DNA of 63,637 bases, the filler included. It is 5 parts of 5 records of this genome, joined end to end, with 100 filler letters (N's around TTAATTAATTAA, not from the genome) between each part and the next. Parts side by side here need not be neighbours in the genome. Positions count along the whole stretch, not along the records: positions 20,720 to 47,263 come from DRR723986_10707; 4 more parts are not named here. One strand, given 5' to 3'. Made by a program: the position numbers and the translations under genes. The notes under the pieces were generated by a model. The model was not told the DNA's origin, searched no databases, and was given only the letters and a program-made list of their open reading frames with translations. This document shows, one piece after another, positions 31,746-41,194 of this stretch (the stretch's first letter is position 1; each line of letters starts with the position of its first letter).

Positions 31746-32975
31746 TTAAAAGTAGAGGTGGAACTGTGCATGCCAGCGCGCGGAACGAAATTGCGTTAAC
31801 AAGCGCGGCGTCATTTCAGTATCAATAATACGGTACTCCGGGCGGAACTCCATCCACGGCAGCAGGAATACCTGTGCTCCAAATACATATTGTTTGCGTT
31901 CCTGACGGATAACCGCATCACTGCCGTCAATCTCTACAATACTCACATCTGTACGCGAATCTTCCGCCCTGCCATAAATCAGCAGAGCCGGATCCAACTG
32001 ATACAGCAGCTCGATACTATAATTGTCCGTCGTCCGCAGAGCGTCTTTGTCCGATCGCGCATATTCTCCCATCAGGGCCACATGGTCCGTCCAGCCAACT
32101 CCACCAAAGAAGTTTGTCATGGTAAAGTCGCCATTACTCAGGACCGAAGCTCCTACCCAGGTGTTCAGCTGCCCTTCCATGAATCGCGGCCACAAAACCG
32201 CACGTGCTACCGTACTGATTTCATCTTCGTCTTGAATCAACGAAACGATCCTGCCATCCAGGTTTTGGACGCGCTGTTCAGCCAGGTTATTCGCCTTGAA
32301 CGCACCTGCCGAGATCGAAAGTTCCTTAAGACCATAATAAGTCACTTCAGCCCCCAATTCAGCGTAGTTCGGAGCGATTAAGGGCGTAAAACCCGTGCCC
32401 GCCAGCGAACGTACCATCATCGTATGGTCATCATAGCGCATGCCGATTGAAGGTTGAAAGTAACCGACGCGGATTTGCGGTAAATCAAACGAGGGCTGAT
32501 ACTGTACGGAAGCCGCATAACGTTCCTGCCCGGCATACACCAGTGGACCGGCACTGTATGTGCCTTCCAGCGTCAACTGGCGTACAGGACTGTAGGCCGC
32601 ATAAAATGCACCCTGCATCGGAAAAACCTTGCGTTCAGCATCCGGATCGTCATGTGCACGCGTCATCTGTACGCGGAAATCGATCCCGTAGGTCAGGTCT
32701 CCGTCCAGCAATGTGTTGGACTCTGGGTTGAGTGTATTGTAGAGCGCCGCAAGGCCGGCACTTTCCACATCAATCAGAGACACCCCTTCGGAGGCATACC
32801 ATCCGAGTTCGTTGCGTAAACCACTGCCCTGAAAATTCACATGGCAGTTGATGCAGCGATTACCCGTCAGAAGTGTGTACTGTGGGATAGCCTGGAGAGA
32901 ATGAGCGGAAAAGAGAAATACAGCAAGAAAGCCGGCAGCGCGCAGGATCGCGCCATGTAGTGTAAACAGCGTCAT
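31746..32975 (-). CDS. Monoheme cytochrome c-porin fusion (Cyc2-like outer membrane protein)
   Basis: Signal peptide then IPQYTLLTGNRCINCH; amphipathic beta-strand body; C-terminal WHAQFHLYF beta-barrel signal. Confidence 0.75.
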   Translation of the reverse strand: MTLFTLHGAILRAAGFLAVFLFSAHSLQAIPQYTLLTGNRCINCHVNFQGSGLRNELGWYASEGVSLIDVESAGLAALYNTLNPESNTLLDGDLTYGIDFRVQMTRAHDDPDAERKVFPMQGAFYAAYSPVRQLTLEGTYSAGPLVYAGQERYAASVQYQPSFDLPQIRVGYFQPSIGMRYDDHTMMVRSLAGTGFTPLIAPNYAELGAEVTYYGLKELSISAGAFKANNLAEQRVQNLDGRIVSLIQDEDEISTVARAVLWPRFMEGQLNTWVGASVLSNGDFTMTNFFGGVGWTDHVALMGEYARSDKDALRTTDNYSIELLYQLDPALLIYGRAEDSRTDVSIVEIDGSDAVIRQERKQYVFGAQVFLLPWMEFRPEYRIIDTEMTPRLLTQFRSARWHAQFHLYF

Positions 32976-33103
32976 AGAATTACACGGGATAGTTAAATAG
33001 CAGGCACATCGCGTTGATGCGCCTCATCTAATATTTTTCTGCGTGTGTAATGTCTGTCGTGCTACCGATCAAACCAAAATACTAAAATGAGCACTCACTG
33101 TGC

Positions 33104-33134
33104 TGGTATTTTAATATCCATTATTGGTACTTTT
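33104..33134 (-). promoter_or_regulatory. Candidate AraC-type tandem binding site
   Basis: Minus-strand AAAGTACCA / AAAATACCA direct repeats with 21-nt periodicity, overlapping the araC-like stop codon. Confidence 0.5.
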
Positions 33135-34014
33135 CACGGATGGTGCGCCGGAAGTCGCCAGGCGAAACACCTGTATTTTTTCTAAAAAATCGGCCAAAAT
33201 AGGACGGATCGGCAAAATTCAGGATGAAAGCGATTTCCTTGACGCTGTCCTCGGTAAAGAACAAAAGCCGTTTTGCTTCCAGAATGATCCGGTCGTGAAT
33301 CAATTCTCCGGCTGATTTGCCCAGGCTTTTTTGGCAGAGATCATTGAGATGACTCGGAGTAATAAACAGCAGAGACGCGTATTCACTCACAGAGTGGCTG
33401 GTCTTAAAATGTTCTTCCACCAAAGCGGCAAATCGCTTGATTTGGTCGGAAGTTGTGCGGCTGCTGCGGCTGTCCGCACTTACCGGATGGCCATGCTCAC
33501 GCACAAAAATGCGGCGCGTATACTGCAAAACAAGGCTCAGGTAGGTGCGCACAATGTCAACCGAGCCCAACTTTGACGCGCTGAACTCGCCCTGAAGTAA
33601 TGTCAGAACCTGCTGGAAATGTGCGCGCTCTTCCGCAGGAATCACCATTGTCGGGTCCTGGTCTGGCGCCATAAATGGCATATCGCGGTACAAATCTCCC
33701 GCTACCGCCCCCAAAGCGTAAAAGTCCTGATTAAAGACGATCACATGTCCAAATGAGCCCGGTGAGCGGCGTACCTGATGTACACGCCCCGGTGAGACTG
33801 CATGCAGTGAATGATCGCGGATCGGATAGCGCGCAAAGTCAATTTCATGCTCACCGCCGCCGCCTTCAAAGTAGAACAGCTCGTAATAGTCGTGCCTGTG
33901 CGGCTTGCCGTAATCATAGCCCTCTTTGCGGACGTTCAGTGGCAAGACCGCAAAATACAGGTTGTCGGGATCAGGCGACTCGCCGTGATACGTTGGAATG
34001 TCTTTATTGCTCAT
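33121..34014 (-). CDS. AraC-family regulator with N-terminal cupin sensor
   Basis: PHRHDYYE cupin motif; C-terminal VKEIAFILNFADPSYFGRFFRKNTGVSPGDFR double HTH. Confidence 0.93.
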   Translation of the reverse strand: MSNKDIPTYHGESPDPDNLYFAVLPLNVRKEGYDYGKPHRHDYYELFYFEGGGGEHEIDFARYPIRDHSLHAVSPGRVHQVRRSPGSFGHVIVFNQDFYALGAVAGDLYRDMPFMAPDQDPTMVIPAEERAHFQQVLTLLQGEFSASKLGSVDIVRTYLSLVLQYTRRIFVREHGHPVSADSRSSRTTSDQIKRFAALVEEHFKTSHSVSEYASLLFITPSHLNDLCQKSLGKSAGELIHDRIILEAKRLLFFTEDSVKEIAFILNFADPSYFGRFFRKNTGVSPGDFRRTIREKYQ

Positions 34015-34135
34015 GCCCTTTCCAGATTGCCCATTATATAATGAGGTTGCAGCGCCAATTCATGCCCTACAGTTTGCACACAAACAATCAGGAGCGGCGC
34101 CAATGCTCCCCGCACCGGCGCCGGTACACAAGATA

Positions 34136-36553
34136 TTACATTGCAGGCACTTTGACTACATGATAGGTATTCACGGCCGGATTCTCTATCGAGGCAACCG
34201 TGCCATCCATCCAGCGAACTTCAATTCGCTCAACCTCAATATCACGCCCCAGGCCAAAGTGTTTCGTCAGTGAATGCTGTGAAAGGAAAGAATCACCCGT
34301 CGTGATATTCGCAGGCATTACTCCACGGCTGGTATACACGCGGATTTGTGCGCCAATTGGCGACTGCGCACCGCTGGCTTCTTCCAGTCGCACGCCTACC
34401 CAGTTGTTGTTCTCCAGCTCGGCTTCATTCTGCAAGAGCACAATTCGGTGATCATTTGGATACCGAAACGTAATCAGCATCAGATCCATCTTGCCGTCAC
34501 CGTTGAAGTCTTCGCTAACAACGCCGCGGCTATCCTCAACCAACGCGCCGCCCATCAGGAAGGAGGTATTGACAAACCCTTCGCCGCCGCGATTGACGAA
34601 CAGGTGGTTTTTCTCAAAGCCGTTCCACGAATAACCCTGCTGATTCTCCAGGTCAAAAACCTTGGAATAGGCCGAAGCCATTTCCGGGTCTTCTTCGGAA
34701 TCGAGGCGGTAAATATCATCACGCCAGAAGTGCGTGCAGTAGTCGACTGCCGACTCACGGCTTACATGCCCGTTCGTGACGTAAATATCCTGATCACCAT
34801 CGTTGTCAAAGTCAAAAGCCGTACAGCCCCAGCTCCAGCCCGAACGCGCCACATCATCGCGGAATTCAGGCTCGTTAAACTGCGCATTGTCCTGCGCCAG
34901 ATACATCCGGTTGCCATAGGCCATATCCATACGGCGCTCATTCTTATCGGGTTGATCCGGCCGGCCAAGGCCCATCGCTTCCAGGCGCCGCGCCGTAGTC
35001 GAACTCATTCCCAGCACATAAAAATCGATGCCGCCATCCATGTCAAAGTCGCCAAAGGTGTGCGACATGCCGAACAAAAAGCGTTCGTCAATATGTGTAT
35101 CGGTTACGTCGGTGAAGTTGCCGCTGCCGTCATTGTGATACATGTCAACGCCCGAGAAATCGCTGACAACCACCAGGTCAAGATCCAGATCACCGTCCAG
35201 ATCGACCAAAGAATTTGCATAGGTTCGGCGGAAGCGCTTGCCGCTCAGTCCCGCATCGACTGTGCGATCGCTGAATGTAGCTCCGCCATCATTTACTAAC
35301 AAAAAGGCCGCGTCGCCATCGTTGGCATCATAATAAGGATAGGGTAACTGCCCCTCACGATATGGCTGCTTGTACTGGCTGAAAAACAGATCCAGATCAC
35401 CATCACCGTCCACATCTCCCGCCGTCAGACAGGTCGGGCGTACGAGTAATTCGTCGGGACCAAAAATGGAACGTCCTACCTCGGCAAACTCAACGCCGCC
35501 CTTGCCTTCAAACATGAAGAGGTGTGGCCCCTCGGTTGGCGCCGTACTCGATCCGGAAGCAAGAATATGTGGCTTGCCGCCTTCAAACGTGCCACCAACC
35601 ACCAGGTCGGCAATCCCATCACCGGTAAAGTCTGCCAGCACAGCGCTGAACATCTCATCCGGCATGTTGTCAGAAATCGGTTTGGAAGAAAAGTCGAAGT
35701 CGTCCTTATTTATCAGAATTTTGTTGATGTTCGGCAGCACTACTTCGGCCAGGCCGTCGCCACTAAGATCAGAGACAATCAGTGGGGTATTTGCGCCAAT
35801 CATCGTCGAGAGCGCGCCAGGCAGATAACGCGTCTGGAATGGCTGGCGGCCATCGCGCTGCAGAAGGTAGAAGTTGCTCAGGTCCACAAGCGCCGGCACC
35901 GGATTGCCGTCGGCATCCAATTCGCTGGACCACTCAACCGCTATGACACCTTTAAGGATGTAGCGCCGCCGCTCCTGGCTGTTGCTGACGTGGAATTCCG
36001 ATGAAAACTCAGAATGGTACTTTCCGTCGATTTCGCGAAAGTCCTGGTGGTGGAACTCACACTGAACAAGCGTAAAACCGGCCTCTTTCATTGCTGTCAG
36101 GTATTGCGCCCACTCAGCATGTGTCAGCTCATCACCAACGCTGCTGGATTGGCGTTTGGAAACACCAAACTCAATCGCCATCGCCTCAGCAAATTTGGGT
36201 AGACGCACTTTGTCAAACTTAAGGCCGGCGAGCGCATCGATCTTGTCATTGGAAGAACGGATGTTATCCCACAACATAATAAAGGTCTGATCATGTGCCT
36301 GCGCCTCAAGCTCCATAGCCCAGTGTTCTTTGTCCTTTAGCGCTTTGTCATATTGAAACTTGTCAAAAGCCGATGCATTTGGCCCCGGTTTTTGCGGGAG
36401 CGGCATGGATACTTTTTCGGCTCCAGTGTCTTTGTCTGCCTCGCCACTTTCACTCACACAGGCGCTAAGGCTCAAAAAACCGAGACCGCCAAACATGAGC
36501 AGGGCCAGGCGTGCTTTGTTCAAAGCCGCACGAACAGTAGTTGTTTGAGTCAT
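34136..36553 (-). CDS. CRTAC1-family lipoprotein (FG-GAP repeats plus ASPIC/UnbV domain)
   Basis: Lipobox LSAC; repeated DxDGDGDLDL; C-terminal GDSFLSQHS..HFGLG..IEVRW. Confidence 0.88.
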   Translation of the reverse strand: MTQTTTVRAALNKARLALLMFGGLGFLSLSACVSESGEADKDTGAEKVSMPLPQKPGPNASAFDKFQYDKALKDKEHWAMELEAQAHDQTFIMLWDNIRSSNDKIDALAGLKFDKVRLPKFAEAMAIEFGVSKRQSSSVGDELTHAEWAQYLTAMKEAGFTLVQCEFHHQDFREIDGKYHSEFSSEFHVSNSQERRRYILKGVIAVEWSSELDADGNPVPALVDLSNFYLLQRDGRQPFQTRYLPGALSTMIGANTPLIVSDLSGDGLAEVVLPNINKILINKDDFDFSSKPISDNMPDEMFSAVLADFTGDGIADLVVGGTFEGGKPHILASGSSTAPTEGPHLFMFEGKGGVEFAEVGRSIFGPDELLVRPTCLTAGDVDGDGDLDLFFSQYKQPYREGQLPYPYYDANDGDAAFLLVNDGGATFSDRTVDAGLSGKRFRRTYANSLVDLDGDLDLDLVVVSDFSGVDMYHNDGSGNFTDVTDTHIDERFLFGMSHTFGDFDMDGGIDFYVLGMSSTTARRLEAMGLGRPDQPDKNERRMDMAYGNRMYLAQDNAQFNEPEFRDDVARSGWSWGCTAFDFDNDGDQDIYVTNGHVSRESAVDYCTHFWRDDIYRLDSEEDPEMASAYSKVFDLENQQGYSWNGFEKNHLFVNRGGEGFVNTSFLMGGALVEDSRGVVSEDFNGDGKMDLMLITFRYPNDHRIVLLQNEAELENNNWVGVRLEEASGAQSPIGAQIRVYTSRGVMPANITTGDSFLSQHSLTKHFGLGRDIEVERIEVRWMDGTVASIENPAVNTYHVVKVPAM

Positions 36554-36776
36554 TCCGGAACTGCTTTCAACTAAGGTAGAACAATGGTGTTTTGTGATTC
36601 GGAACTGAATCAAATGTGCTGAGGCGCACTTCGGCTCAAAACCCACGGGGGGCTCGAATCACTGGAAACGACACAGAAATGGCCATTTCGATGCCCGAAT
36701 ATACGGTACTTGTTGTGAAAAATTGTCGCTTTTACTTCCAATCCGGCGTGCTGTTGTGCCAAAAGCAAAAACCAGC

Positions 36777-37463
36777 TTACAAACGCCGCAGAGCCTCGCG
36801 TTTGCTAAGCCCCGAAAGTGCATCTGCATGCCGCGCTACAAAATCGCGCACCCAATCCGGGTTGGACTTGCCGAATTCACGTAGAATCCAGCCGATCGCC
36901 TTGCGGATAAAGAACTCCTTCTCGTGCATCAGCGCCTCAATACTCATGGCCAACATCGCCGTATCAGTTTGCTCTTTGTGTTTGATGTGACACAGCAGCG
37001 ATGCGCGCCGCAGCCAGAAGTTGTTGGACCCCAACCACTCCAGCGGGTAGGAGTAGAGTTCGGGAAATTTGAGAATCAGGGGGCTCACCAGTCCACACAC
37101 AATGCCGTCAACCAAATCCCAGTTGCTGGATTCCTGCAGCATCGCTTCGAGCAATGGCATGCTCCGCGGGTCCAGCAATGCACGACGCGCACCGGCCAGC
37201 TCAAGCGCCATATACTGCTCCTCGCGCTTATCCCCATTCCACAGTTCTGCTACTGCCGCATGCAAAGCCTCCTGGTCGCTGATTGGGAACTGTTTTTTGG
37301 CTGCCCGCAGGATGACCACGCGCTGCGGTTTCTGCACACCCCAGAAAGGCTGATCGGTTTTCATATATGCCTGCATCTGCGGTGCCTTGTGCGCATCTGC
37401 CGCAGCTGCCAGTTCTGCGCGGACAAAAGCCGCAATTGCCGTATTTCCTAAAAGTTGCACCAC
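36777..37463 (-). CDS. DNA alkylation repair protein (AlkD-like)
   Basis: MQAYMKT, REEQY, NWDLVD, NFWLRRAS, EFFIRKAIGWILRE. Confidence 0.9.
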   Translation of the reverse strand: MVQLLGNTAIAAFVRAELAAAADAHKAPQMQAYMKTDQPFWGVQKPQRVVILRAAKKQFPISDQEALHAAVAELWNGDKREEQYMALELAGARRALLDPRSMPLLEAMLQESSNWDLVDGIVCGLVSPLILKFPELYSYPLEWLGSNNFWLRRASLLCHIKHKEQTDTAMLAMSIEALMHEKEFFIRKAIGWILREFGKSNPDWVRDFVARHADALSGLSKREALRRL

Positions 37464-37667
37464 AATTGCCCTCCAAATCCAGGAAGTTCCCTAAAAAGCC
37501 TTGCCCTTCCACCCCGGGACGACCGTTTTTAACATTTCATTAACGGTCTTTAGGCTTGAATTAACAACGCTGCGCGCACCTGCGGCGTAGATTGCTTCCA
37601 GTTAAAATAACAGACGCTCAGCCGACGCTGACGCCATGAATTCTCGAATGAAAATCAAAGGTTTACC

Positions 37668-39194
37668 ATGCAATTCTTCAAATCCACAATCAGCACTATA
37701 ACCGGCGCCGGCGCTCTGCTTTTAGCCTGCATCTCAATTCCAGTGATGTACGCCGCCGGCTCCGAACTGGAAACACAAGATGCACAAGAAACCGCCATAG
37801 TTCACAAAGTTGTAGTTGCCAACGGCAGCAGCCAGGACGGTGCGGTTGATATCGAAGCCATTCGCGCCAAAGTACTCGAAAAATTGGGCCCCGAGCGCAG
37901 CGCCGAAGTATTGGCTGCCGTTGAACCACTGCTCAACAAATTACAGTCCGCCGACTATTCTTCAATGTCTTCCGAAGAACTTCAGGACATGCTTGGCAGC
38001 AACAGCGATGCCAAAGTCCGCGTCTTCAAACACGATGTTAATGTAGATATCGATGCCGAAGGTGACGCTGCAACAAGTACCAGTGCCAAAGTCATTATGC
38101 GCACGATTGGCGAAGATGGCGAAGTCGTTGAGCAGGTCATGGAAGGTGACGAAGCGATGCAGTTCATCGGCGGCGAAGGCGGCCTGGCAACTCACCTGGA
38201 AAACGCGCATGGCATCGACAGTGATGTGCAGGTTAAAGTCATGCAGTTCAAGAACGAAGACGGTGACATCTCCAAACTACTCAAGTTTGAAACCGCAGTT
38301 AGTGGCGCGGCTCAATGCGCCGACGCCCACAAACTGCTCGAATCACTTGAGCTGGACCTCGAAAACCTGGAGAACCTGGAGAACCTCGAAGTTGATGCGG
38401 AAAACGTGGTAATCATGCAGCGCGGTGAAACTGACGGCGTGACCGAAGTGCGCAGCACAGACGAAAATGGCCAAATCAAAATCGTTAGAACTCAAATCAG
38501 TGATGACGTAGACCAGCAAATAGCCGAACTGCTCGCCGCCGGAGGCAAAATCCACACTAACATCGACGGCGATCAGCAGAACGTCAAAGTCAAAGTCCTG
38601 CGCATCAATAAAGACGACATGGACATTGATGTAGATGCAGAACCGGCTGAACTCATGTCCTGGACCAGTGAAGACGGCAACATTGCAGTCAGCAACAGCA
38701 AACGCATCATGGTATTCATCGATGCTCAAAAACTCAGCCCCGAAGGCGAAACAGGTATCAGCCCCGAGGCCGTTGAGCAAGCAATCGTCGAAGCCGAAGT
38801 CATTATCGTTTCAGATGAAGACGTAGACGCAGAAACATCACAAACACAAAACTCTGGCCGGCAAGACGAGGCACAGAACCAAAACGCCAAACAGGCTCCA
38901 TTCCAAAATCCGCAGGCAAATGACAACTCAGGCCTGCAACTCGACGGCTTTAATGTCTATCCAAACCCAAGCGACGGACGTTTTAATCTGGAATTCAACC
39001 TGCCGCAGGCAGGCAGCACGTCCGTCAAAATCATCGATATCCAGGGACGCGAAGTTTTCCGCGAAGACTTCGAAAGCTCAGCCAACCAACTATTCGCTCG
39101 TCCGATTGACCTGTCCGGCGGTGCTGCCGGCACTTATCTGCTCTCGGTTACGCAAAATGGCGCCACGGCAACAAAAAAGATTGAAGTACGCTGA
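37668..39194 (+). CDS. T9SS type A CTD protein with acidic low-complexity N-terminal region
   Basis: Signal peptide; C-terminal FNVYPNPSDGRF...IIDIQGREV...AGTYLLSV...TKKIEVR. Confidence 0.82.
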   Translation: MQFFKSTISTITGAGALLLACISIPVMYAAGSELETQDAQETAIVHKVVVANGSSQDGAVDIEAIRAKVLEKLGPERSAEVLAAVEPLLNKLQSADYSSMSSEELQDMLGSNSDAKVRVFKHDVNVDIDAEGDAATSTSAKVIMRTIGEDGEVVEQVMEGDEAMQFIGGEGGLATHLENAHGIDSDVQVKVMQFKNEDGDISKLLKFETAVSGAAQCADAHKLLESLELDLENLENLENLEVDAENVVIMQRGETDGVTEVRSTDENGQIKIVRTQISDDVDQQIAELLAAGGKIHTNIDGDQQNVKVKVLRINKDDMDIDVDAEPAELMSWTSEDGNIAVSNSKRIMVFIDAQKLSPEGETGISPEAVEQAIVEAEVIIVSDEDVDAETSQTQNSGRQDEAQNQNAKQAPFQNPQANDNSGLQLDGFNVYPNPSDGRFNLEFNLPQAGSTSVKIIDIQGREVFREDFESSANQLFARPIDLSGGAAGTYLLSVTQNGATATKKIEVR

Positions 39195-39253
39195 AGATTA
39201 GTGCATCAATTCTGAATTCTTGCGTAACAGGATAGATACACGCTCTATGACTA

Positions 39254-39296
39254 TCGGCGGCGGCGGTACTTCGGTACCGTCGTCGCCGACTTTTTT
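39254..39296 (+). terminator. Intrinsic terminator
   Basis: GC-rich stem closing a TTCG tetraloop, followed by T6. Confidence 0.85.
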
Positions 39297-39558
39297 GTAT
39301 ACACCTGGCCAAATTTTTCGGGCAGATACTGACTTTCTTGTATCTTGACGTATTGGTGGACGTACTCTGCCGAATCGAAGACATCCTCCGCTCTCTCTGT
39401 GAATTCGGTAACACCGCTCATCGGGTCCCCGCTCCTCCCGGCCGTCTTTTCATAGTTCGATGCTCTTCACCAGAGCCAATGCTGTATCAATTTTACCCTC
39501 TCAATCATCTCAATCATCTCATTCATGGAGTGTGTGTATGTATTCTATGCAACCAAGT

Positions 39559-40611
39559 ATGCGCAAGTATATGCTTACTGCTGTTGTAATCTGCGTTTTT
39601 GCAATCGCCGAAGTTTATGCCCAGCCGACCACCACGCCACGCGTTAGCCCACATGCAATTGCCGTGCAGCGCGTTGGCCTGAGTGATGTAACAATTGACT
39701 ACCATCGCCCTTCCGTGGCGGACCGCGAAATTTGGGGCGCCCTGGTTCCCTGGGGTGAACAGCCCTTCCCCTGGCGCGCCGGCGCAAACGACAATACGAC
39801 GATCAACTTTACGCATGACGTCAAAATCGACGGAAAACCACTGCCGGCCGGCACCTATGGTCTGCACATGGTGCCGAACGAAAAAGAATGGACCATCATT
39901 TTTTCAAACAACTCAACTTCCTGGGGCAGTTTCAGTTATGACAAGGCCGAAGACGCACTGCGCGTTCCCGCCAAAGTCCATGCGGCTCCATTTAAGGAGC
40001 AGCTGGTCTATGGTTTTGACAATGTAAGTGATGTCAGCGCCGACGTCTATCTGCACTGGGAAAAAGTCATGGTTGGCTTCACAGTTGAGTTTGGTACGCC
40101 GGAAATCGTCATGGCCAGCTTGCGTGATGAGCTGCGCCACAGCGCCGGCTGGACCTGGTGGGGCTGGCAGCAAGCTGCTCAATATGCCATCAACAAAAAC
40201 ATTGAACAGGAACAGGCTTTAACATGGATTGACCGTTCAATTCAGATTACGCCCAACTTTAACAACCTGTCAACCAAAGCGCTCCTGTTAACACGCATGG
40301 GCAAAGAAACAGAAGCCGCCGAACTTGAGAAAAAAGCCCTGGCGCTCGGCAACGAATTCCAGCTTAACAACTTTGGTTATGCAGCCATCGCCGCCGGAGA
40401 TATCGAAAAAGCCATCAAAGTGTTTAAGATGAACATCGAGCGCAACCCCGAGTCCTGGAACACCTATGACTCACTCGCCGAAGCCTACGCCAAAAAAGGC
40501 GAAAAAGCCAAAGCCGTTGAACTCTACAACAAAGCGCTCTCCATGGCGCCCGAAGCCCAACACCCGCGCATCAATGGAGCACTTAAACAACTCAAAGAGG
40601 CCAAGTCCTAA
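39559..40611 (+). CDS. DUF2911 domain protein with C-terminal TPR repeats
   Basis: PRVSP, IDYHRPS..REIWGALVPWG..WRAGAN, AGTYGL; TPR NTYDSLAEAY. Confidence 0.88.
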   Translation: MRKYMLTAVVICVFAIAEVYAQPTTTPRVSPHAIAVQRVGLSDVTIDYHRPSVADREIWGALVPWGEQPFPWRAGANDNTTINFTHDVKIDGKPLPAGTYGLHMVPNEKEWTIIFSNNSTSWGSFSYDKAEDALRVPAKVHAAPFKEQLVYGFDNVSDVSADVYLHWEKVMVGFTVEFGTPEIVMASLRDELRHSAGWTWWGWQQAAQYAINKNIEQEQALTWIDRSIQITPNFNNLSTKALLLTRMGKETEAAELEKKALALGNEFQLNNFGYAAIAAGDIEKAIKVFKMNIERNPESWNTYDSLAEAYAKKGEKAKAVELYNKALSMAPEAQHPRINGALKQLKEAKS

Positions 40612-40626
40612 ACTTTAAACACAAAC

Positions 40627-40673
40627 AATGCCGCTGGAGGAATGAACAATAGCGTTAAGCTCCCAGCGGCATT
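40627..40673. terminator. Stem-loop between convergent genes
   Basis: AATGCCGCTGG / CCAGCGGCATT inverted repeat. Confidence 0.6.
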
Positions 40674-40697
40674 CCGTTTCTTTTAATCAGCCTCACA

Positions 40698-41153
40698 TCA
40701 CAAAGCTGCCGAACCTGGCTCCAAACTTCTTGCGCTCGCCCTGTGGCGCAGCAGCATCCGCACAGCCACAATACACAAATAGGCCGGCCAAACCACACGC
40801 AACATCCACTCAACGAACATCATGTATTTTGATGGGCCAAACCACAGTTCGGCGTAGAACTCATAGCGGCCCAGATAGATCACATCAAACAGATACCCCC
40901 CCAGTACACAGCCAGCCCAGGCGGCAAGATACATGACGGGATAAAGCGGCACGCCCAATAGTAGGTTACGCCATATACCGGAAAACAGCGGCTGCCGAAA
41001 TGCCAGGTATAAAACCACTACTTCAGACGTAAACTGCAAAATATTCCACGAGCCTAAAAGACTTGTGAGGGTAGCAAATACTTCAATCCACCCCAGCAGC
41101 AGCGCCAGGTACAGCAATCTACGCCAGTTTTTGTCCGGACTCGCAGTCTTCAC
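40698..41153 (-). CDS. Hypothetical membrane protein
   Basis: About 4 hydrophobic segments; directly follows the 41195-41839 gene. Confidence 0.6.
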   Translation of the reverse strand: MKTASPDKNWRRLLYLALLLGWIEVFATLTSLLGSWNILQFTSEVVVLYLAFRQPLFSGIWRNLLLGVPLYPVMYLAAWAGCVLGGYLFDVIYLGRYEFYAELWFGPSKYMMFVEWMLRVVWPAYLCIVAVRMLLRHRASARSLEPGSAAL

Positions 41154-41194
41154 TCGTCCACCTTTACAAACGGTGTTTAAGCCGGCAGCCGAGA

